The notes under the pieces were generated by a model. It had not been told where the DNA came from. It made no database searches and worked only from the letters and a program-made list of their open reading frames with translations. A stretch of DNA of 53,550 bases, the filler included, from Sphacelaria rigidula (taxonomy: Eukaryota): NCBI GenBank assembly GCA_964200075.2. It is 2 parts of 2 records of this genome, joined end to end, with 100 filler letters (N's around TTAATTAATTAA, not from the genome) between each part and the next. Parts side by side here need not be neighbours in the genome. Positions count along the whole stretch, not along the records: positions 26,845 to 53,550 come from CAXNAA020000132.1; 1 more part is not named here. One strand, written 5' to 3'. Both the position numbers and the translations under genes were made by a program. Of the stretch, positions 45,901-53,550 are shown one piece after another (within the stretch, counting starts at the first letter, position 1; every line of letters starts with the position of its first letter).

Positions 45901-48900
45901 TACTTGTTGAATAAAAGTAAAACACACACCGCCAAACGTAAACAAGTCACGTCTCACAGAACCACAATTCCTAGTTTTCTGCTCCGAAACTGCTGTTCAT
46001 AGCAGGATATTATGGGGTCCAGGCTACTTAAGGATGTACTCATGATCTTGCATGTCATAGTCACGTTACCATTGACCTCCCATCCCTACAAAGCCGGGAC
46101 GGAGCACGCCGGGTTTTCGCCGGACCGGGCTCGCAATCAATCATCAAGCGCGAAGCGCCGTGGTGTGTTCGGCGAGTCGCTTTAAGGGTGAGCTGCATCC
46201 TGCTAATATCGTTCGGACCGAAGCGAACTGATTATCTCGCATTCGGGTGACAACCTCCAATGACTTGCTTCATCTTCTGGCATTGCCACTTCCAGAGACA
46301 GCCATGGCTGATGCACTGCCTCATGGGTGTCTCACCATAATTAAGGGGGGAATGGGGGGGGGGGGGGCGTATAAAACACCCCGAACATTTGGGCCCTCAT
46401 TACGTTCCTTCCATACAAAAAAAGTTTACATGTCTTATCCCCTCCCTGTGTCTCCGTCTGTGGTCATCATGTACCTCCTGGTATAGCGATCGTTTTCTCG
46501 CAGCTGTCTAGGGGAGGGGGGGGGGGATGATCGCTGGTGCCCTCGAAACGCAGCGCTGAAAAGAGTTTGCGGGAAAACTGTGATGAACACACTATTTTCT
46601 CTCATGACGGCGGATTCGCGACCGAACAGCCGATCATCGAAATTGAGGATGGAGCTTTTCTTTGAGGATGAGAGCCCGGAGGATTAAAATCTTCATGTCT
46701 ACACCAAATCGTCGAAATATGGTTCCATTCTTCCACCTACTGGTAGCTATCGATAACTGCTACACGCCCTACAAATTTGGATTTCGATAACCGAAATGTT
46801 GGGGTCCTGGATAAAGAAAACAAATGTCAAATTTAGGTGATCCGTTCGGATCGCCGAAATTCCCCGAAATTGATTTTACACCTAGGACCCCAACATTTCG
46901 GTTATCGAGATCCAAATTTGTATGGCTTTTAGTATTTGCTAATATCTACCAGTAGGTGAATGAATGGAACCATATTTCGAAGATTTGGTGTGGATACGGA
47001 GATTTTGTTCCTTCGGGTTCTCATCCTCAATGAAAAGCTCCAACATCAATTTCGATGATCGGCTGTTCACGGTCGAAAAGAAGTCAGAGAGACCGTTATT
47101 TTTCTTCCTCTTCCCTGTCTCGAGAAGATCTGCCGCTTTAGGGCGAAAACGTACCGATGTAGACGAGCACGCTAACGGGCACGGCGTCCTTGATGAGTTG
47201 TCGCGTTCGGATGACGGCGGTACCCCCAATACCCCGCATAATAAGATCTGGCCAGATGCAGCACATGCTTTGATCGGTGTCGTCATTCTGCATTGCACCA
47301 TCTTCCCCCCAGCGGCTGTTCTGGTGGTCACACAGGGGGAACAAGAGGAAATACTGGGCAAGCCATACGCGGGATGCGCCGGGAAAAGCCTGAAAATACG
47401 GCACTGAAGAAGAATCATTTCGGAATAAATAGGCTGTTGTGCATCATGCTCTCCAGGGCGTGCTCAACGTTGTATTGTCGGGGCCTTGTATCTGCTTGTT
47501 GACCCGAGGAAGCTAGGCTGCCTTGACATGACAAAAGCGCTCTTCGGTTTTCACATGTTCGGCATATCGAACATTACGTATTGACAATCGACGCCCCGTA
47601 GGGAGCTCCGATCCCTGAAGCAAAGGCAGTTCTTATTCGCTGGGCCTCTGGCTCAAACTAATGAAAGGTCTCTATCGCTGAAATTATTCTCACAAACCAG
47701 TGATACGTCAACTGCATCATAAAGCTGTGGTCGGTTCGTCGACTCAGATCCTGCCTCATCTTCCCGGACAGCGGTTGCTTAGACACGCGATTGTAGGGGG
47801 CATAGGGGGCAGATGATGGCATGTATGTAATCGGCAACGCCATTATGTAAGCCTGAAATCTCCCGGAGAAAAACAACGGGTGACACAAAGTGAGAGTGAT
47901 TAATTTAGTTCCTCCAGACCATGACTAGTTATTCAGCGTTTTCCCTTATTTTCCCTTTTAACATCAATGTCACGTCAAACGTGGTACAAACCGCTAATCC
48001 GTTTCTCCCATTCAGCGGTACTCCGCACTTCCTCCTCAGGCCTCCTCATCGGCTAAATTTCGTCTGCGGTTGAGCATTGATTGCGATAGTGGTTTGAAAA
48101 ACACCTCCACGCAAAAAAGGGATTGCAGGAGTGGAATGTTCTGCGGCAAAATGTAACCCATTTCACAACAGTACAGTAGCATCGACGGCAGAACCATCCA
48201 CTAGAGTTCCAAAGAGTCAGAACCACGAGGTCAGGTAACACTTGTCAATATGGAAAACACATTCATTCTCGTGCTGATGGCGATGATGTATCTGTGCTGT
48301 GCATGACCATGTCTCTCCCGATGCACGATACCATGATATGCTGCTGATATCCTATGGCAGTGCGACTGCGTGTGTGTTTTGACCTAGTCGGTATGATCGG
48401 CGTCTGAACAACGAAGCACTGCATCGGGACAAAAAAAATTGGCGTACTATGCTATTTCTTTACTTGCAACACGTATATATCGTCTCGCGCACGACCTGCT
48501 GCCGCTGTCCAACACCCGTCTGCATCTCTTACGATAGTGAGCGCCGTGACACACCGAGTGTCTCATTCGTGAGGTAGGTAAACCTTGAACACGACAAGCT
48601 TTCTGTGCAGTGTCGTAATATTCGTGAAGCGAGAACGGGTGTCCCGATGATCGAGGAGACTGAGATGAGAATGGGATCATACCCCGTTTGGGATCATACC
48701 CCGTTTGGAATGTTCACAATCGAGATTGATCTGCGGCTACTTAAGGGTCAGCATCACAGTAGCTCAATCGAAAGGCATATATGTTGCTCTCATTGATCAG
48801 ACCAAGCAGATACTTGTGTATTTCTCTTGCTGGTTTCCGCCTTCCGTGTTACTCTGCCTTGTTACCCCCAGCAGTTGGTCGAGTGTTATGTTATATGTGG

Positions 48901-51900
48901 TCACAAACCACAAAGGACAGAGTAGAAGGGACGAGGCGAAAATCAGATATTTCGCAGAAAAAATCCGAATGGAGCGCATCCGGTGGGGAATAAAACAGTT
49001 GTGCCAACAGACAACCGGGGCACAGCACCTACTCAATACGCATCAACATGCTGGGGGTTGGGACGATTGAGCTCACAAATAGCCGTGTAAGAACGATCTA
49101 GACTAGGCAAATAGATGTAAGTTATCGCGAACGCTGCACAACTTGTGTTGATTACGGTTTGAGAGCGTGAAGACGTGAGTAGCAAATATTATTTTCTTGG
49201 TTGAGTTTGCTTGACGAGAGTCGACACGGTGTAGGAGTGCTGGTCATGCTCCAGTCCGCGATATCAAAATGCAAGACGTACGTCGGGGAAGTGACGATTT
49301 GATCCCTTCAGGCCACCGACTCGTCTCGAGAACGGAGGGTCTAATGTGTTACAAAAACAAAATAACCGACACTTGGAGGCGTGTATGTATATATATGCAC
49401 GTGTATGTTTCAAAATCTAAACAGGCGAGATCGTCGATTGAACAAATGTATGCCTCCCAGTGCCAGTTTACATCACTACATTAGATCCTGAACTATGAGC
49501 TAACTACTAGCCGTATACGAAAAATCAAGATTGACGAAGCAATACATAATTTCGCACACACTTGATTGCGGGTATTGTACATTGGACCTACCAGCTAAGA
49601 TGGTACCCACGTATGGAGGTCGCTAGACTGCTTTCCAACGCCCACGTATGTTTAGTTCCACAGAAGACGAGGGCCCAGGAAACGTCCAAGATACTGTACG
49701 GACCTTGTGGGAAACTGTAATCAACACATGTATGCGTTAAAGCGGGCGAAGAATTACATACGAGAAGTCATGGGGAAAACTACTGTTCATAAAACATGCC
49801 ATCTCCAAACTGCAAAAAAAGGCCGAGCAAACAATGTATCATAGATGCGATGAAGAAGTGACATAATCTGTTGAAGAATGCCCGGAAAAAGGTGGAACCT
49901 GAACTCCGCGCAAAGGGGATAACCGTACTACGTAGTGATTGAACGGTGAGACACCTGTGAGGTAATGTGTAACCCGTGGCTGTCTCTGGAAGTGGCGAGA
50001 CCAAAAAATGAAGCAATTCATTCGACGCTTTCATCCATATGCAAGATAATGAGTACCCTTCGGGCCGAACAATGTTGGCAAGATGCAGCTCATCCTTCAT
50101 GCGGCTTGTCGAATACATTACGGTGTTGCGCGCTTGGTGATTGATTGGGAGCCCGGTCCAGCGAAAACTCGGTATGCTCCGTCCAGGCTTTGTAGGGGTG
50201 CGAGGTCAATGATCATGTTACTACGGGACGCAAGATCATGAGTACCTCTCCCCCGAGGGTGCTCCGTCTCGAAGGGGATGCGTGGTCAATGATCATATGA
50301 CTATCGCATGCGAAATCATGAGTACCCCCCCCCGCCGCCCCCCCCCCCCCCCCGACGCACCCTTGTGGATGTATTGTCATTCTCTCAAAATCCACAAGGC
50401 TATTTCATCTTTGTACTCTACAGCAAAGCGCAATGTCGAAATTGTGTGTTCGAAGGTGAGGTATTTAAACACTCTGCATGTCACTTGTGATGTTGTCAGG
50501 CGTCACAGAAACGAAGCCATTTTCGCTACTTTTCTGGATTGCGATTTGAAAACTGCAGTTTCCACAGTACCACCCCTACTGCATCTCAGACTCGCCTGGT
50601 TGTCTCCATCCTTGTCGTCCATAGACCGGTGACGGTGGAATCTGTGGAAACCCCAAACTTCGCCAAAGTTTGGCCGCCAGGTTGAAATAGAAAACGTTTG
50701 CATCACTTCCGCGCACCCGCCCTTGGCCTTGCTCATCCCGAAGAACAAAATCAGGATAATCCCCAGAACGTTTTGAAATAATAATTGCTGTTTTAATCCT
50801 CCATTTTTTCAAGGCAGTGACAGTGCGCGGATGGTGCACGCGATGCGACACGAAACGGACCACAAGAGGGAGATTCTCGATCGAACCCTGACTGACTCAC
50901 CCCCACCTCCTGAGACTATTTCCATGTATTTCGACCCACGTACAACCTTCGACATGGAGCATGTATTGACTATGACCGAAGAGGGTGTTTTGTACTTATA
51001 ACCTTGGGTTACGGAGAAGAGGAGCCTCCAGTGATGTGATAAGTTTTTCGACTTCGTGAATTTCACCAGGGGATACCGTACACACGACGAGATTTCGACA
51101 CAATGGTTTCAATCACGGTAGTCTCGGGCTCAATATCACCCCCATCTGTGAATATATCGAGCCTGTCAAGGTATGACCAAGGAGTAGGATTCCCTGTAAC
51201 CTGCAGTTCTGTTCTGCTGAGACATGTTTACGCTCATATTTTGCCAGACGTGATAGACTGGATTCTAGTGCTTTTGTGTCCTCTGCTCTACGACCACGGC
51301 ACAAAGACTTTTCATATCACCCTTGAAGTGCCAACGGGACTTGCGCCAATTTCTGGTGCCGACAGTCCCGCCTGCAAAATCACCTGTACTTAGAGAATGA
51401 TCTACTCTGTAGGCGTAGGCGCATGTTAGTTGAATGTGAGCGCTTAGACAATTTTTCATGGGAACCAATCCGTATTTGAGCATATTCGAGAATTTCAGCC
51501 CGTCTACAGGCGATTTTCTCCCCGGGATTGATTTTTCGGGCCCCAGTCCGTTGGGTGATGTTTTTCGGCTAGCTATGAGAAAATCATGTATATTCTCCGA
51601 TTCTCTGGACGTTGGTTTTTGGTATGTCACCTTTCTGCCCAACGGGCTGCGGGCCGAAAAAACAACACCCGGGGGAAAGTCGCCTGTAGACGGGCTGAAA
51701 TCCTCATGTTTGTACAAATACGGAGTGATTCCCGTACAAGATGGTCTTCCAGGAAACAACAGAAAATAAGTTACGGTCAGTGGGATCAACCAGTAACCTT
51801 CCGAATGCCCCCAGAGGCCCGTCCAAGCAATGTCCAGCTAGCCACCACGTCGCTAGAGGACCTGACAATGCAAGTTCAACTCACCTCGAAATGTTGACAA

Positions 51901-52994
51901 ATTGTCGTTCTCTATTTTTCATTCAACTGCCGCATTGTTTGGCTTGGAAGTGTGACTTCTACAGATAATTCCGTGCAGTTATTGCGCCGCCTACATTGTA
52001 AAGGTGCACAAAGTATTTAAATCCCAATCAAGCTGCAATCATATGATCACTGCATCCTGTTGTTCAGGCCTCATCGCTCGACTGTGACAGGCATTAGCCC
52101 CGATGTTTTTCATGAGGGCATCCTACCCGTTGTAATAACTGTCAGTCAGCATTACGCTCGTCTGTAGAGTAAAAGCACGCGTCCAAGATCCAGATTCGTG
52201 GTAACGTTGGCATCATAACGTTGGAATTGGTACGAGGATCAAGACTCTATTTTACTCATCATCCCGTCGAACTTTGAAGATGCGAATTACCATATGTTTA
52301 CATATTTCGTATTACAATAATATTTCTCTTTTTTTTTCTTCTCATATCTGTACATTGACCTGATCTCTCGAACCCCTGGCCATAGATGTAGGCTCGCCTT
52401 TCCGGAACCGTCACTACTATTCCATACAATACATTATTGTGCTATTCGGAGATACCTCAATTATAGTAGGATTAAAAGCTGCGAATCTGGGTTTGACAAT
52501 CAGCTGTTATAGGGAGCTCTTTACAATCCCGAAACAGCTACAAATCGTGCAGACCTGGCTGGAGAGAAAATGCTCGATGAGGGTTAGAATTGATGATTGC
52601 CTTGACATTGTACCATATTTTTGTCAGCTTTGATGTTCGCCGTGACACCATCTTTTTGACAACGCACGTGCCGGTAGTTGCCTTGAAATTGAATATGATT
52701 ATATCGGTTGGTCAACGACTTCGTGGGGGAAATGTGCGTATTTGTACGCAAAGACCAGTAACGTCAAACCGTACACGAAACCCACCGCTCGATCGAGTAT
52801 TCTCGACGATATGTTGATCTCACCTGGCCATTTCCGATATCCCAAACGAAAAATTCTCCCGTGGAATCCCCCGTAATTGCTCTGATCTGACCCCCCTGAC
52901 GGGTGTCGATGAAGGATGTCATTTCCACCCCCACGATCTGATGCCGATGGCCGATCAGCCTACAGCACGTCTGTTGCGTCCCCACACTTATGAC
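29357..52994 (-). CDS. Large multi-exon WD40-repeat protein with a long low-complexity C-terminal region (possibly WDR49/WDR64-like); 5' end outside the window, 3' end approximate
   Basis: Exons bounded by splice signals, mostly phase-consistent: 52824-52994 (RLIGHRHQIVGV..ITGDSTGEFFVWDI), 50596-50727, 47155-47320, 45515-45714 (LIASTGRQLRFWN..RRLYLGTFEGGI), 43945-44106 (DAHHGPVTQL..SIGVDRRMMIF), one unresolved exon, 41484-41633 (LLAGDSDGEITLW), 40305-40579, 38335-38873 (poly-Q/H; LIVAGSASGWVEAW), 37489-37626, 35770-35935 (WEAHRGRPVSSL..VVTASTDCTVRLF). Less certain exons follow near 34010-34100, 33415-33550, 32221-32985, 30999-31089, 29955-30420 and 29357-29483. The family assignment is inference. 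Confidence 0.8.
34172..34424. mobile_element. ~250-bp MITE with 4-bp TSD (copy 2)
   Basis: TIRs GACACTTTCTACGATAACCCCCC and GGGGGGCTATCGTAGAAAGTGCC, flanked by ATAG on both sides. The interior is colinear with 19760-20009. Confidence 0.9.
35577..35648 (-). repeat. tRNA-like / Pol III B-box-containing relic (probable SINE head, not a functional tRNA)
   Basis: The minus strand has an exact B-box, GGTTCGATTCC (35598-35588), about 45 nt downstream of a weak A-box-like TAGTCTGCGGAGATGG. No convincing cloverleaf was found. Confidence 0.35.
35998..36214. mobile_element. TGT...ACA MITE with ~40-bp TIRs, 5-bp TSD and an internal TTAGGG tract
   Basis: TIRs TGTAATGCGTGAGAGGACCGCGTGCTTAGAGGACCGCA and TGCGGTCCTCTAAGCACGCCGTGCTCTCACGCATTACA. 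GGGTT flanks both ends (35993-35997, 36215-36219). Seven TTAGGG-like units lie at 36059-36100. Confidence 0.9.
36248..36750 (+). repeat. Family A repeat, near-complete copy followed by long poly-G tracts
   Basis: Colinear with 3206-3730 along its length. Confidence 0.88.
39021..39680. mobile_element. Degenerate TIR element rich in ACCGTACCG/ACCGC motifs
   Basis: The inverted 12-mers GGCTTACCTCGG (39025-39036) and CCGAGGTAAGCC (39656-39667) bound a region with repeated GTACCGTACC and GTACCGCACCGTAC motifs. Confidence 0.55.
46036..46340 (+). repeat. Family A repeat, 5' part
   Basis: GTACTCATGATCTTGCATGTCATAGTCAC..CATCCCTACAAAGCCGGGACGGAGCACGCCGGGTTTTCGCCGGACC..CCACTTCCAGAGACAGCCA matches the other copies. 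Confidence 0.88.
46619..47075. mobile_element. Foldback element with ~190-bp inverted arms
   Basis: The left arm AACAGCCGATCATCGAAATTGA...GATAACCGAAATGTTGGGGTCCT mirrors the right arm AGGACCCCAACATTTCGGTTATC...TCAATTTCGATGATCGGCTGTT. There is a central mini-hairpin, GATCCGTTCGGATC. Confidence 0.9.
49890..50247 (-). repeat. Family A repeat, inverted copy
   Basis: The reverse complement reads GGTACTCATGATCTTGCGTCCCGTAG..CATTGACCTCGCACCCCTACAAAGCCTGGACGGAGCATACCGAGTTTTCGCTGGACC..CCACTTCCAGAGACAGCCACGGG. Confidence 0.88.
51460..51733. mobile_element. ~275-bp MITE with ~65-bp TIRs
   Basis: GGGAACCAATCCGTATTTG..TTTCAGCCCGTCTACAGGCGATTTTCTCCCCGGG is inverted as CCCGGGGGAAAGTCGCCTGTAGACGGGCTGAAA..CAAATACGGAGTGATTCCC. 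No clear TSD. Confidence 0.85.
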
Positions 52995-53483
52995 CTGGAA
53001 GGTATACGTAGGCAGGCGCAGTTCAAGTCGAGTTTCGGATCGTTCGACGATACAGGGTGTGCGTGTGTGTGTGGGGGGGGGGTACTCATGATCACGCATA
53101 CCATAGTACGGTATAGTAGGGAGGAGGGGGGGGCGTCGGGTTTCAAGCACCACCAGATAGGAAGAGAATCAGAAACAATGGTACTTTTTGCCTTCCCTGA
53201 AATGCTTTTGATTTCACGCCTCCCCCTAAATTTGTACCGGCGTTTTTCCAAGTCGTGGTGAGATGTTGCCGCGAACTCCGGTATCGACATGCGTGTATTT
53301 GATCCGCGCTCCCTGCAGTGGCTGGGAGATTCTCGTGCTTGGGAGCTTGTGGGTGCAAAACTACGTGGAGATCTATACGGTAGAAGGTCGTGGGAGATAT
53401 GTGGGCAGCATTTGAAAAGGCACCTGAAAAGGCACTGGATAAGGCACCGGAGGGAAGCGCTTGCTTGAAAGGACGCTTCAAAA

Positions 53484-53550
53484 AACAGCCGATCATCTAT
53501 GTTGAGGATGGTGCTTTTCATTGAGGATGAGAACCCGGAGGATTAAAATC
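53484..53550. mobile_element. Start of a second copy of the foldback element (runs off the window)
   Basis: AACAGCCGATCATCTATGTTGAGGATGGTGCTTTTCATTGAGGATGAGAACCCGGAGGATTAAAATC matches 46625-46691. Confidence 0.85.

Noticed and set aside
50920-51393. Plus-strand protein-like stretch with several stops
   Set aside because: No recognisable domain or splice structure, so it cannot be supported without a search.

Overview
Intron-rich eukaryotic DNA, most likely a brown alga or related stramenopile. That is an inference from multi-kb introns, short exons, a flagellar IFT gene, TTAGGG repeats and a chromodomain Gypsy element. Three genes are supported. (1) Exon 1 of a GRASP55/65 gene on the minus strand, head-to-head with (2) WDR35/IFT121 on the plus strand, of which 11 exons were traced before the sequence breaks at an artificial N-TTAATTAATTAA-N linker at 26745-26844. 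(3) A large minus-strand WD40-repeat gene at about 29.3-53.0 kb with three predicted GC-AG introns. Introns are full of mobile DNA: a full-length decayed Ty3/Gypsy element (7539-13782) with a nested Stowaway-like MITE, several other MITE/foldback families, an abundant ~500-bp modular repeat and short SINE-like repeats. The most unusual object is a TIR-bounded non-coding element at 631-2459. It carries about 20 units spaced 42-43 bp apart, each built as CAATATATATTG - 6 nt variable - CAATAT - 18/19 nt unique spacer, all in one orientation. A second oddity is a TGT...ACA MITE with a 5-bp TSD that carries telomeric TTAGGG repeats. All alignments and counts were done by eye; no database searches were run.
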